Both the position numbers and the translations under genes were made by a program. Under the pieces are notes generated by a model that was not told the origin of the DNA, searched no databases, and worked only from the letters and a program-made list of their open reading frames with translations. Shown here one piece after another: positions 20,292 to 30,530 of a stretch of DNA of 64,000 bases. The DNA comes from a virus. Each line of letters starts with the position of its first letter. Position 1 is the first letter of the stretch. The stretch covers positions 32,001 to 96,000 of IMG/VR virus record IMGVR_UViG_3300021963_005267. One strand, given 5' to 3'.

Positions 20292-21353
20292 ATGAAAACA
20301 TTTCAAATATTAACTAGAACTTCCAGCAAGCAGATGAACGAATCGTTTGAAAAAACGTTCGGATCCAAGCTAAATCTAGAAGGTTTCAGCTTGACTCAGC
20401 TAGAAGATGCTAGAAATAGGCTACGCACAAAGATCAGCCAGGTACGTGCAGAAGCAAACTTTAACGAAACAATCGAAAACGAAGATGTAACTAAAACACA
20501 GTGGATGTTAGACATCATCAACAAAGAGATTTCAGAAAGAACTGAACAACAGGTTGATGAGTCCGATCCTGCAGAAATGTTCAAAGGCATCGACATCGGA
20601 GAAGCTTCGCCAGGCGATGACGACGATATGGCAAAAGATACCGATTACGATGATAAGGATTCAGAGTATGACGACGAGGACGGAGAACCTCGAGGATCAT
20701 ATGACAGCAGCGATGATGCAGAAGCCCTAGCATCTGCAGGTTTTGGATCGGATGAAGACTATGGGCATTACGGCGATGACGAATCGTTTGGAATATATGA
20801 CAGTTACGATTTTAATACTGGACAACCAATTGGAGAAAGCATGAAAAAAATCAACGAAAGTGAATTAAACAAAGCATCCGCTGTTGTTTCTGCAAAGAGC
20901 ATGGTGGACAAAGTAAGCCGCTGGATCGAAGAACTAGCAGGCATGGAGAATGACACCCTACTAACACTAGGTGATAGTATCCGTGATGAAATGGGACAGG
21001 AACAGGCCAAACAGTTTTTAAGCACTGTTGCTCCTTCTATCCAAGCAGCATTAGATACACTAAAGACTGCTCGTGAAACGATGGCTTCTGGTGTAAGAGG
21101 ACTGACAGGTGAAGAACAATCTGCAGAAATGATTGGCGCAGAACCAGAAGGCGGAATGGGTGCAGAGCCAGCAGCTGATTCAATGGCTGATGCTGGTGCC
21201 GATTCAATGAATGATGCTGATGCTGCGAACAATGCAGAACTAGACAACTTTGCGGCAGCAGAACCAGCAGCAGGTGGACTAGAGGCAGCTGGACGTGAGA
21301 AGCGTGAAAGCATCAATCGTCAAACTCGTTTAATGAACATTCTGGCAGGCTAA
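20292..21353 (+). CDS. Acidic helical protein, possible prohead core/scaffold-like
   Basis: ATAAATA at 20261; very acidic linkers; several xNES/xxE motifs. Confidence 0.55.
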   Translation: MKTFQILTRTSSKQMNESFEKTFGSKLNLEGFSLTQLEDARNRLRTKISQVRAEANFNETIENEDVTKTQWMLDIINKEISERTEQQVDESDPAEMFKGIDIGEASPGDDDDMAKDTDYDDKDSEYDDEDGEPRGSYDSSDDAEALASAGFGSDEDYGHYGDDESFGIYDSYDFNTGQPIGESMKKINESELNKASAVVSAKSMVDKVSRWIEELAGMENDTLLTLGDSIRDEMGQEQAKQFLSTVAPSIQAALDTLKTARETMASGVRGLTGEEQSAEMIGAEPEGGMGAEPAADSMADAGADSMNDADAANNAELDNFAAAEPAAGGLEAAGREKRESINRQTRLMNILAG

Positions 21354-21844
21354 TGAGACTAGACGAAATTGTTTCCGAAAAGGAACGCCAACAGTTAGAT
21401 GAGATATTACCTGCGTTAGCAGCTGGTGCTGCCATTGCAGGTAGAGTAGCGTTAGGCGGTGCTCAACTAGTTGGTAGAGGTGCTATGGCAGCTGGTCGAG
21501 CAGTAGGTAGCCTAGCAGCTCGAGGCGCTAATGCCTTGGGGCAGGCAGTTAAATCTGGTGCCCAAGCAGCAGGCCAAGCAGTTAAGACTGGAGCACAAAA
21601 CGCTGCTACCAATGTAGCCAAAGGTGCAAGCCAGCTAGGTCAACAAGTAGGTAAAGCCGCAGCAACGTCAAACATGGCACAGGCTGTAGCAGGTGGCAGT
21701 GCATCGTCTGAACTGGATAAAAAACAAAAAGAGTTAGACGATAGAGAACAGGCAATACAACAAACAACACAGCAACAACAGATTCAGATGCAGCAATTAC
21801 AAAAAGCTTTAGATGACTTCAAAAAACAAACAGGCCTAAAATGA
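21353..21844 (+). CDS. Ala/Gly/Gln-rich protein, possible internal virion protein
   Basis: MRLDEI N-terminus and QLDEILP motif; TAATG overlap. Confidence 0.55.
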   Translation: MRLDEIVSEKERQQLDEILPALAAGAAIAGRVALGGAQLVGRGAMAAGRAVGSLAARGANALGQAVKSGAQAAGQAVKTGAQNAATNVAKGASQLGQQVGKAAATSNMAQAVAGGSASSELDKKQKELDDREQAIQQTTQQQQIQMQQLQKALDDFKKQTGLK

Positions 21845-22236
21845 GATTTAAAGAATTTGCACCAATCTTTGAAGCTGATGCAGTTGCTGGTGATCAGTTC
21901 GTTCTAGCATTGAATAACTACATTAACACAGCAGCTTTAAAAGACAAAGAACAGGGACTTCCTATGAAGTTCAACTGGAAAGGTTTTGCTAACCTAATGA
22001 AGCATTATGGTTACGAAATGGCAGCAGATTACGAAACATTCAAAGTCATCTATGACGGCTCTCCAGAAGCTGTTAAGGCTAAGATCAAAGACTTCAATCG
22101 TGATTATATCGAATTAGAAGTACCCGGCATAACTAATGATAACCCAGAGTTAGCTCCAGGTCAGGATTCGCAAAACGCGGTTAACCAAATGGCCGCAAAA
22201 GCAGCCGATAAACAGTTGAAACAAGCAGCCGCTTGA
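21841..22236 (+). CDS. Hypothetical protein
   Basis: MRFKEF N-terminus; ATGA overlap. Confidence 0.6.
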   Translation: MRFKEFAPIFEADAVAGDQFVLALNNYINTAALKDKEQGLPMKFNWKGFANLMKHYGYEMAADYETFKVIYDGSPEAVKAKIKDFNRDYIELEVPGITNDNPELAPGQDSQNAVNQMAAKAADKQLKQAAA

Positions 22237-22269
22237 TGCTAAACTGTTTGATATAATCAAACAATAATT

Positions 22270-22944
22270 ATGACACTACTCGTAGACAAATACAAATACC
22301 CCGCCACCACACGCGAAACAATCGATGGTAAGAGACATTATGTTTCAGAAGGCTTAGATCCTGTACCTAGCGTTACAACTATCTTAGATTCCACAAAAGA
22401 TAAAACTTTTCTTATAGCCTGGAGAAAACGGGTAGGAGAAGAAAAAGCTAGACAAATTACTACTGAAGCAGCAGGTGTGGGCACTTCAATGCATACTTAC
22501 TTAGAAAAGTATGTCAAGGGTGAAACTATTAAAGCAGGCTCTAATCACGTACATCAGCAGGGCTTTAAAATGGCTGAAATAGTTATAGCCAAAGGACTAA
22601 GTCAAGTCAATGAACTTTGGGGCAGTGAAGTTAGCCTTTACTACCCGGGTTTATACGCAGGAACTACTGACGGAGTTGGTGTCTTTAACGGTAACCCTGC
22701 TATCATTGACTTCAAGCAAACTAACAAACCTAAGAAAGAAGAATGGGTTGAAGATTACTACCTACAGTTGGTAGCATACGCAATGGCCCATAACGAGATG
22801 CACGGAACAGATATCCGTGAAGGGCACGTTTTAATGTGTTCTAGAGATCTAGAATATCAACAGTTCGATTTAACCCCAAATCGCTGGAATGAGTACCAGG
22901 ACAAGTGGTTAGCAAGGGTTGAACAATACTATGCTAGCAGATAA
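22270..22944 (+). CDS. PD-(D/E)XK exonuclease (RecB-family, MGME1-like)
   Basis: PSVTTIL, GTSMH, SEVSL, YAGTTD, IIDFKQ, QLVAYA. Confidence 0.9.
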   Translation: MTLLVDKYKYPATTRETIDGKRHYVSEGLDPVPSVTTILDSTKDKTFLIAWRKRVGEEKARQITTEAAGVGTSMHTYLEKYVKGETIKAGSNHVHQQGFKMAEIVIAKGLSQVNELWGSEVSLYYPGLYAGTTDGVGVFNGNPAIIDFKQTNKPKKEEWVEDYYLQLVAYAMAHNEMHGTDIREGHVLMCSRDLEYQQFDLTPNRWNEYQDKWLARVEQYYASR

Positions 22945-22968
22945 ATACCCAATAACGGGAAATTATCT

Positions 22969-24720
22969 ATGGCAGTAGTGCAAATATCCAAAATACAAGT
23001 TCGCAAAGGCGAAAAATTAAAGACAGGAATTCCACAGTTATCAGGGGGCGAGTTTGCGTGGGCTGTAGATACGCAAGAATTATACATCGGTAATGGAAGT
23101 GTTGCCGACGGAGCACCTGCTGTAGGAAATACCAAGATCCTCACAGAGTTCGATAACATATTAGATCTTTCTAGATCTTATAAATTTGAAGAGGCTAATC
23201 CTTCTATCACAAACAGTATAGGTAGGAGTCTCCAATCCAAGTTAGACGACTTTGTAAACGTAGCAGATTATGGTGCAGTCCCAGATGTCAGCACAGATTC
23301 TACCGCTGCATTCCAAGCAGCGTTGAATGATCTATACATAGGGGCTAGCAATAACACAAAGAAAAAATTATATGTTCCACCGGGGCAATATAATTTTCTT
23401 ACTAACCTAACGATTCCCACAGGTGCGGTAATACAGGGAGAATCTGTAGATTCAGTAGTATTAAACATCGAAGCAAACAGTATTGTTACTTGCACAGCGG
23501 TAGGTACTATTTTAGGTTTGTTCACCTCCACTGATAGACCAGAAAACATAACAGTTTCAAATTTAACTGTTAAACGCTCAACTGGTCAACTAGTTCTAAC
23601 TGGTGTTAGAAATGCCTACATACAAAATGTAAAATTCCAGGGCGAATATATTATCGGAAGTTCTAGCGGTAGTTCTGCGGTTACTTGGCAGAACTCTACA
23701 GAAGGAACAAAGGTAGATGACATATTCTTTGACAGATGTCAATTTGAATCTGTACCTATTGGTGTGTATGCTATCTCCTCAACATCTCTTGAGACCGGTG
23801 TGAAATTTAAAGATTGTAAGTTCTATGTAAACTACAACGGAATTTATGTATCTGGAATAACTGATCAAGTGTATCGTTGGAAGATCGAAAACTGTATATT
23901 TGATACCATCACTGCTGCTGGTGTATATTCTACAAATGGTGTAGGAACAAAGATATTAAATTCTACTTTTAGATTAGTAGGCAACGGCGGTAGTGGCGGT
24001 CCGACTAGTCCTCAAACTCCAATGGTATACTTTAATCAATCAATTAATAATCAAGTAATTGATTGTTGGTTTGATAGATCACAAGCATATAATATTGTTA
24101 ATTCTAATCTAAGAGCATCAGTACCAGAAGTACTAGGAGCAGGACACGTTAAGGTCGGAAATCAAATCAAATCAGATATTGTTAAGACTGATGCATTCAG
24201 ACCTCTAGCAGTATTCAGTTGCCTTAATAGAAAAGTAAATCTTGATTATGTTTTAAAATTAGGCGACTATGTAAGACAAGGACAACTGACCATTGCCATC
24301 CAACCAGATCTTGCTGCCGCTGCGTTATCAGATCATTATCAATATACAACTACCCAAGCTAACTTCACAGGTTCGATAACTGGTAGCATATTGACTGTAA
24401 CAAATATCACCAACGGGCAGATTAATGTCAACGACGTTATTGTTGGCACCGAAGTACAGGGTGGTACTAGAATAACTGCTATTTTAACGGGATCGGGAGG
24501 TGTTGGTACATTCTCTGTAGATCTTTCACAAACATCGGTATCATCAGCTATGAGAACAGCAGGTTCAGGAGCATCAGTTATGTTTAATTTTGATTTTGGT
24601 TATGAGATTAGAGACAATGATGCAGACTCGGGTGCTGAGACTCTTGTTCTCACATATAAAAATCCGTTAGCAACAGGACAAACAGGCGCAATAAACTTCT
24701 TCGTATCATACGGTGTTTAA
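22969..24720 (+). CDS. Tailspike/fibre-like protein with beta-helix (pectate-lyase-like) domain
   Basis: N-terminal IQVRKG..LSGGEFAWAVDTQELYIGNG attachment motif; VNVADYGA..DSTAAFQAAL..LYVPPGQY beta-helix start. Confidence 0.8.
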   Translation: MAVVQISKIQVRKGEKLKTGIPQLSGGEFAWAVDTQELYIGNGSVADGAPAVGNTKILTEFDNILDLSRSYKFEEANPSITNSIGRSLQSKLDDFVNVADYGAVPDVSTDSTAAFQAALNDLYIGASNNTKKKLYVPPGQYNFLTNLTIPTGAVIQGESVDSVVLNIEANSIVTCTAVGTILGLFTSTDRPENITVSNLTVKRSTGQLVLTGVRNAYIQNVKFQGEYIIGSSSGSSAVTWQNSTEGTKVDDIFFDRCQFESVPIGVYAISSTSLETGVKFKDCKFYVNYNGIYVSGITDQVYRWKIENCIFDTITAAGVYSTNGVGTKILNSTFRLVGNGGSGGPTSPQTPMVYFNQSINNQVIDCWFDRSQAYNIVNSNLRASVPEVLGAGHVKVGNQIKSDIVKTDAFRPLAVFSCLNRKVNLDYVLKLGDYVRQGQLTIAIQPDLAAAALSDHYQYTTTQANFTGSITGSILTVTNITNGQINVNDVIVGTEVQGGTRITAILTGSGGVGTFSVDLSQTSVSSAMRTAGSGASVMFNFDFGYEIRDNDADSGAETLVLTYKNPLATGQTGAINFFVSYGV

Positions 24721-25138
24721 TCTTCATAAAGAAGATAGGATCAAAGCGTGGAAAGACTTCAGAGAAACCCTAGAGACAAGTGCCACTCCGCTGGAGGATG
24801 TGGCACTGTTCTGGAGCCACTGCCCGTTTGTTAATCACTATCTGAATCCACAAGATCCAGCAAGCTGGCCAGATCCCTGGAAGCTAATCATTGACGGAAA
24901 GTTTGATAATTTAGCTATTGCTCTTGGTATGCTTTATACGTTAAAATTAACTCAGCGGTTTATTGAGAGCGAATGCGAGATACATATGTCTATGTCCCCC
25001 AACGAAAAAGAACACGATTATTTTTTAGTTGTTGACAAGAGTCACGTTCTTAATTTTGATTATGGAAAGTGCTCACCGTTATCTGCCGTCGCAAGCGGCT
25101 CTTCCAGCATCATTTGGTCCGGTCGAGAATTACCATAA
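24713..25138 (+). CDS. Hypothetical protein
   Basis: GTG start overlapping the previous stop; WPDPWKLI motif. Confidence 0.6.
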   Translation: MFNLHKEDRIKAWKDFRETLETSATPLEDVALFWSHCPFVNHYLNPQDPASWPDPWKLIIDGKFDNLAIALGMLYTLKLTQRFIESECEIHMSMSPNEKEHDYFLVVDKSHVLNFDYGKCSPLSAVASGSSSIIWSGRELP

Positions 25139-25169
25139 ATATTCCATTATAATAAAAAATAGAGGCGAT

Positions 25170-27515
25170 ATGACAACGATTACTGTTATTAAAAGAAACG
25201 GAAAGAAAGAGCCACTGACATTAGAAAAGTGGCAGACACAGGTAGCAAAAGTATGTAAAGGTATCGCTGACGTCAGTCAGTCGATGATAGAAATCAAAGC
25301 TCAACCTCATTTTTACGATGGCATTACCACAAATGAAATTGATGAAATAACTCTACGTGCTATCGTAGATTTAATTGATGTTGAACACAATCCCGATGTG
25401 GGTCATACCAATTATCAATATGTAGCAGGCAAGCAACGTTTGTCTATGCTACGTAAGGATGTATATGGTGAATACGATCCTCCCCACCTTTACGAAATCG
25501 TAAAGAAAAATATCTCAGTTGGTCTTTACACTCCAGAACTTCTTAAGTGGTATTCAGAAGATGATTGGAACAAGATGGACGACATGCTAGATCACGAAAA
25601 AGATGAAGATTACTCGTATGCTGCGATTGAACAGTTAATAGAGAAGTATTTGGTACGCAATCGTGCGACAAAAGAAATTTATGAAACCCCACAAGTTAGA
25701 TACATGGTAGCGGCTGCTACTGTGTTCCATAAAGAAGAGCCTAATAGTGCTCGCATGAAGTTCATTAAGGAGTATTACAATGCGGCTTCAGACGGTTTAT
25801 TTACTCTCGCTACTCCTGTTCTTGCTGGGCTTGGGACTCCCACTAAGCAGTTCAGTAGTTGTGTTCTCATTCGCAGTGATGATGATCTTGACTCCATTTT
25901 TGCTTCTGGCGAAATGATGGCTAAGTATGCTAGTAAACGTGCTGGCATTGGTTTAGAGATTGGCAGACTTCGTCCACTAGGTGCACCTATTAGAGGTGGC
26001 GAAATTATGCACACTGGCATGATTCCTTTTTTGAAGAAGTGGTTCGGTGACTTACGTTCTTGCTCACAAGGCGGCATTCGAAATGCGAGTGCTACAGTTT
26101 TTTATCCTATTTGGCATCATCAGTTTGACGACCTTATTGTGCTTAAAAACAATCAAGGAACTGAGGAAACTCGTGTACGACACATGGACTACGGAGTTGT
26201 ACTATCAGCGTTCTTTTGGCGTCGTTTTAAAAACAAAGAAGATATTACTTTCTTTGATCCTAACGAAGTACCTGATCTGTACGAGGCCTTCTATCAAAAT
26301 ACAGAATTATTTGAACAGTTATATGTAAAATACGAAAGACAAAAAGGTCTACGTAAAAAGACAATGAATGCCGAGGAAGTGTTTAAATCCGGCATCTTAA
26401 AAGAGCGCACTGATACTGGTCGTATCTATCTAGTGTTTATTGACAACGTGATGAACCAAGGACCTTTTGATCCTGAGTATCATACAATTTATCAGAGTAA
26501 CCTTTGCTGTGAAATTCTATTACCTACTAAGCCCTTTAAACGTTTGGATGACCCTGATGGTCGTATCGCTCTATGCACGTTGGGATCGATCAACTGGGGT
26601 GCTTTCCGTAATCCGGAAGATATGCGTCGCGCTTGTCGTATTCTTCAGCGTAGCCTTTGCAATATATTGGACTACCAAGACTTTCTATCAATACAATCTA
26701 GACTCAGCAATGATGAGATACAACCACTAGGCATTGGTGTAACTAACCTAGCTTATTGGCACGCCAAACGTGGACACAAGTACGGCGAGAAAGATGCTCT
26801 GGCTGAAGTTAAGAGTTGGATGGAGCATCAGGCTTACTACCTAACAGAAGCTACAGTTGAATTGGCTAAAGAGCGTGGCAAGTGCCTACATTCAGATCTT
26901 ACTAGATATGGTAAGGGAGAATTTCCTTGGGAGCATCGTGCCAAAGGAGTTAACGAACTCACAGACTTTAAACCAGAATTAGATTGGGAACCTCTACGCA
27001 AGGATATGAAACAATATGGTGTACGCAATGCTACACTTATGGCTATTGCTCCAGTCGAGTCTAGTAGTGTTGTTATTAATAGCACAAATGGAATAGAAAT
27101 GCCAATGAGCCTTATCTCTACTAAAGAGTCAAAGGCCGGATCGTTTACTCAAGTAGTACCAGACTTCCAAAGATTGAAAAACAAATATCAATTGATGTGG
27201 GAACAAAAAGACTGTTTAGGATATCTTAAAACAGCAGCAGTGTTAGCAGCATATGTTGATCAAAGTATCAGTACTAACACATTCTACAATCCAGCGCACT
27301 TCCCAGAGCGCAAAGTTCCAACTACAATGATCGCTAAGAATCTAATGTTAGCACATCATTGGGGTATCAAGACTTTCTACTACAGTTTGATTAACAAAGC
27401 AGGTAGTAAACAGCAAGACCCCGAGCCGAAATTAAACGGACATCATATAGCAGAGTTAGAAGCTAATGGATTTAGTGTCGACATAGAAGATGACTGCGAG
27501 GCATGTAAGTTATGA
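25170..27515 (+). CDS. nrdA: Ribonucleoside-diphosphate reductase class Ia, alpha subunit
   Basis: ATP cone (VIKRNG), TPVLAG, FSSCVL, QGGIRN, SNLCCEI, APVESSS, C-terminal CEAC; start reassigned to 25170. Confidence 0.97.
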   Translation: MTTITVIKRNGKKEPLTLEKWQTQVAKVCKGIADVSQSMIEIKAQPHFYDGITTNEIDEITLRAIVDLIDVEHNPDVGHTNYQYVAGKQRLSMLRKDVYGEYDPPHLYEIVKKNISVGLYTPELLKWYSEDDWNKMDDMLDHEKDEDYSYAAIEQLIEKYLVRNRATKEIYETPQVRYMVAAATVFHKEEPNSARMKFIKEYYNAASDGLFTLATPVLAGLGTPTKQFSSCVLIRSDDDLDSIFASGEMMAKYASKRAGIGLEIGRLRPLGAPIRGGEIMHTGMIPFLKKWFGDLRSCSQGGIRNASATVFYPIWHHQFDDLIVLKNNQGTEETRVRHMDYGVVLSAFFWRRFKNKEDITFFDPNEVPDLYEAFYQNTELFEQLYVKYERQKGLRKKTMNAEEVFKSGILKERTDTGRIYLVFIDNVMNQGPFDPEYHTIYQSNLCCEILLPTKPFKRLDDPDGRIALCTLGSINWGAFRNPEDMRRACRILQRSLCNILDYQDFLSIQSRLSNDEIQPLGIGVTNLAYWHAKRGHKYGEKDALAEVKSWMEHQAYYLTEATVELAKERGKCLHSDLTRYGKGEFPWEHRAKGVNELTDFKPELDWEPLRKDMKQYGVRNATLMAIAPVESSSVVINSTNGIEMPMSLISTKESKAGSFTQVVPDFQRLKNKYQLMWEQKDCLGYLKTAAVLAAYVDQSISTNTFYNPAHFPERKVPTTMIAKNLMLAHHWGIKTFYYSLINKAGSKQQDPEPKLNGHHIAELEANGFSVDIEDDCEACKL

Positions 27516-27742
27516 TAAATTGGAAAAAAGAAGGCGAAGTGGTTCGTCAAGGATTTAGCTTTTATCATCCTAAAGACGAATACAGTGCAGGTGGATGTTT
27601 ACGCATCGGAAATCGGTTATGGAGAGTGCGTTACTCAAAGTTTGCAAAAAAATGGTTTGTTGGATACGATAAAATAGATTCAAATGCCCTACGAAAGTGG
27701 GAAGAACAAAACGGATATAAAAATGAGCAAGGCACAGTATAA
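27512..27742 (+). CDS. Small hypothetical protein between nrdA and nrdB
   Basis: Overlaps both neighbours; no nuclease motif. Confidence 0.5.
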   Translation: MINWKKEGEVVRQGFSFYHPKDEYSAGGCLRIGNRLWRVRYSKFAKKWFVGYDKIDSNALRKWEEQNGYKNEQGTV

Positions 27743-28823
27743 TTTAAACACAAAGACAGACTATCTAAGTCGTAAGATGTTCTTGGATCCAGCAGGTCCA
27801 GTTACTATACAACGATTCGAAGAAGTCAAATACAACAAGATTGCAGACTTTGAAAAAACTGCACGTGGTTTCTTTTGGGTACCAGAAGAGATCAGCTTAA
27901 CCAAAGATGCACAAGACTTTAAGGAGGCCAGTGATGCAGTTAAACATATCTTCACTAGCAACCTGCTTAGGCAAACTGCTCTTGACAGTCTGCAAGGTCG
28001 CGGCCCAAGTCAAATCTTTACTCCGGTCGTAAGTCTACCAGAACTAGAAGCACTAGTCTACAACTGGACATTCTTTGAAACTAACATTCATAGTCGTTCA
28101 TATAGTCACATCATTCGTAATATCTATAACGTGCCTAAGGAAGTTTTTAACACTATCCACGACACACAAGAGATCGTAGACATGGCAAGTAGTGTTGGAA
28201 AATACTATGATAGATTACATACAGCCAATTGTAATATAGAAGCTGGATTACACGTAGATGAAGACTATCATATTAAATCAATTTATCTAGCTCTACATGC
28301 TTCGTATGCGTTAGAAGCATTCCGCTTTATGGTATCATTTGCTACAAGCCTAGCAATGGTTGAGAACAAGATCTTTATTGGTAATGGTAATATCATTAGC
28401 CTAATCTTACAGGATGAACTGCTACACAAAGGGTGGACTGCTTTCTTGATTAATCAAGTAGTCAAAGAAGATCCTCGTTTTGCAAAAGCAGCGCAGGAAT
28501 GTCAAGAAGAAGTTCTACAGATTTACAGAGATGTTATCGCTGAAGAAAAGTCCTGGGCCGATTATCTATTCAAGAAAGGCCCTGTTATTGGCCTTAATGC
28601 TAATATCCTAAAAGATTTTGTTGATTACACAGCAGTTGGCGCATTGAAAGATATCGGAATCAAATATTGGAATCCTGCTCCAAAGAGCACACCTATTCCT
28701 TGGTTTAACAAACATAGCGATACTAGCAAGAAGCAAACAGCATTACAAGAAAACGAAAGTACAAACTACGTAATCGGCGTAATGAGTGATGCAATAGATT
28801 ATGATGAGTTGCCTGCCCTATAA
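27723..28823 (+). CDS. nrdB: Ribonucleotide reductase class Ia, beta subunit
   Basis: FFWVPEEI, LDSLQGR, ETNIHSRSYSHI, LEAFRFMVSF, DELLH; start at MSKAQ. Confidence 0.96.
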   Translation: MSKAQYNLNTKTDYLSRKMFLDPAGPVTIQRFEEVKYNKIADFEKTARGFFWVPEEISLTKDAQDFKEASDAVKHIFTSNLLRQTALDSLQGRGPSQIFTPVVSLPELEALVYNWTFFETNIHSRSYSHIIRNIYNVPKEVFNTIHDTQEIVDMASSVGKYYDRLHTANCNIEAGLHVDEDYHIKSIYLALHASYALEAFRFMVSFATSLAMVENKIFIGNGNIISLILQDELLHKGWTAFLINQVVKEDPRFAKAAQECQEEVLQIYRDVIAEEKSWADYLFKKGPVIGLNANILKDFVDYTAVGALKDIGIKYWNPAPKSTPIPWFNKHSDTSKKQTALQENESTNYVIGVMSDAIDYDELPAL

Positions 28824-28834
28824 ATAGTTTTACT

Positions 28835-29020
28835 ATGAAATGGCAAGAACTCACAAATCAACAGAAACTATACCTAATAACAATCAGAGTTAAGGAACCC
28901 GGATACAGTCGTTTGATAAAAACAACTGTATTCGCGGCTAATGTCGACATGGCTAAGAAATTAGCCAAAGCACAATATCCAAATTGTAATTTAATCGGAA
29001 TCCCAAAGGAGATAAAATGA
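28835..29020 (+). CDS. Small hypothetical protein
   Basis: TATAAATA 8 nt upstream of ATG. Confidence 0.55.
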   Translation: MKWQELTNQQKLYLITIRVKEPGYSRLIKTTVFAANVDMAKKLAKAQYPNCNLIGIPKEIK

Positions 29021-30528
29021 CACCCGTTGTAAGGAGCAAGCATAAGGCTCTCCTCTTCCTCATCGCGAGAGAAGGCGAAGCAGGAAGATCCGGTGGTGGT
29101 CATCGTATCGCAACTGAAATCAGAAAACACGGTTGGGATGTTGAAGTAGTTGATTTTTTTCGATTTTGGACATTTGAGGAAATAAAGCAACTGTTAATCT
29201 CCAGGATCGACGAAGATATGAAATTTATTGGTTTTGGATCATTGTTCTTGCAATGGCCAGAAATCGCCGAACAAACAGCAACCTGGATAAAAGAAAATCA
29301 TCCAAACTTATTGATCATCTATGGTTCGCAAACATATGCAGAAATTAATACCAAACATATAGATTATCAGATATGTGGTTATGCTGAAACAATTTTTATA
29401 AAATTATTAAAGTATTTGTTTGCTTCAGGTGATCCAGTACAGTACATAACCATTAAAGGAACTAAAGTCATACAAGGCGGATGGGATGCTGCTCCCTGGA
29501 GAGATCCCGATATCATCTATGAAGATAGAGATTTCATACAGCCCTATGAATGGCTTTCTATAGAATTCAGTAGAGGGTGTAAGTTTGTATGTGACTACTG
29601 CAATCATCCTATGATCGGTGTTAAAGGAGATTGGACCAGAGATGCTGACAGCTTTGAAAGACAGATAAAAGATACCTATGATCGATTCGGATCTACAAGG
29701 TACATGATTAGCGATGAAACTTTTAACGATCGCACTGAGAAAATTACAAAGTTTGCCGATGTCGTAGAGAAGCTAGACTTCCAGCCTTTCTTCTGGGCAT
29801 TCATACGCCCGGACCTGTTAGTAAAGAGAGGACAGAAGGAATGGGACGAACTGATACGAATGCAGGTAGTTTCTCATCTGTACGGTATAGAAACATTTGG
29901 TCACGAATCGGGAAAAGCCATTGGAAAAGGCATGCATCCAGATATTCTAAAGCAAGGATTGATCGATGCCAAGAATTATTTCCACGAAAAGAATGACGGA
30001 CTCTACAGAGCAACTATCACACTCATAGCAGGTCTTCCTCACGATACAGAAGAACAAGTAGAAGCAAACTTCCAGTGGATGATAGACAACTGGCAAGGTG
30101 AAAATGTAGTTTCGAATGTGCTAGACATTCCTCGTAAGAATGAATTCCATTTCTTAAATCAGAATTCAAAGATGACAATGGATTATGCAAAGTACGGATA
30201 TGAACAAGTATCTGAAGAAGAAGAAAAGCAGATCTGGGAAATGTTAAAAAAATATGAAAATTATAACTATGTTACTGGTTTCCGACCAGATAACATGATA
30301 TGGAAAAATAAACATACCAACTGGGGAAGAATGGCAGAGTGGGTAGAGCTAATGTATTATAGATTTCACGAACACGATATTAGATATCCGATACAACGTT
30401 TCTTTTATACTGCACCCGATTTGCCAATAAAAGAATTATTGTCTTATAATTATAAAAAAGGTTCACCGAAGCTTAATCTTAATTATGAAATGATCAATAA
30501 TTATAAGAATAAAAAATTAAGTGTGTAA
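29017..30528 (+). CDS. B12-binding-domain radical SAM protein
   Basis: IEFSRGCKFVCDYC (CxxxCxxC), SDETFND, YGIETF..SGKAIGKG, LIAGLPHDT. Confidence 0.85.
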   Translation: MTPVVRSKHKALLFLIAREGEAGRSGGGHRIATEIRKHGWDVEVVDFFRFWTFEEIKQLLISRIDEDMKFIGFGSLFLQWPEIAEQTATWIKENHPNLLIIYGSQTYAEINTKHIDYQICGYAETIFIKLLKYLFASGDPVQYITIKGTKVIQGGWDAAPWRDPDIIYEDRDFIQPYEWLSIEFSRGCKFVCDYCNHPMIGVKGDWTRDADSFERQIKDTYDRFGSTRYMISDETFNDRTEKITKFADVVEKLDFQPFFWAFIRPDLLVKRGQKEWDELIRMQVVSHLYGIETFGHESGKAIGKGMHPDILKQGLIDAKNYFHEKNDGLYRATITLIAGLPHDTEEQVEANFQWMIDNWQGENVVSNVLDIPRKNEFHFLNQNSKMTMDYAKYGYEQVSEEEEKQIWEMLKKYENYNYVTGFRPDNMIWKNKHTNWGRMAEWVELMYYRFHEHDIRYPIQRFFYTAPDLPIKELLSYNYKKGSPKLNLNYEMINNYKNKKLSV

Positions 30529-30530
30529 CT

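Noticed and set aside
22270-22944. Cas4 / CRISPR locus
   Set aside because: PD-(D/E)XK nuclease lacks the four-Cys cluster; no array or other cas genes
27512-27742. Homing endonuclease, intron or intein at nrdAB
   Set aside because: No HNH, GIY-YIG or LAGLIDADG motif; NrdA and NrdB are uninterrupted and of normal length
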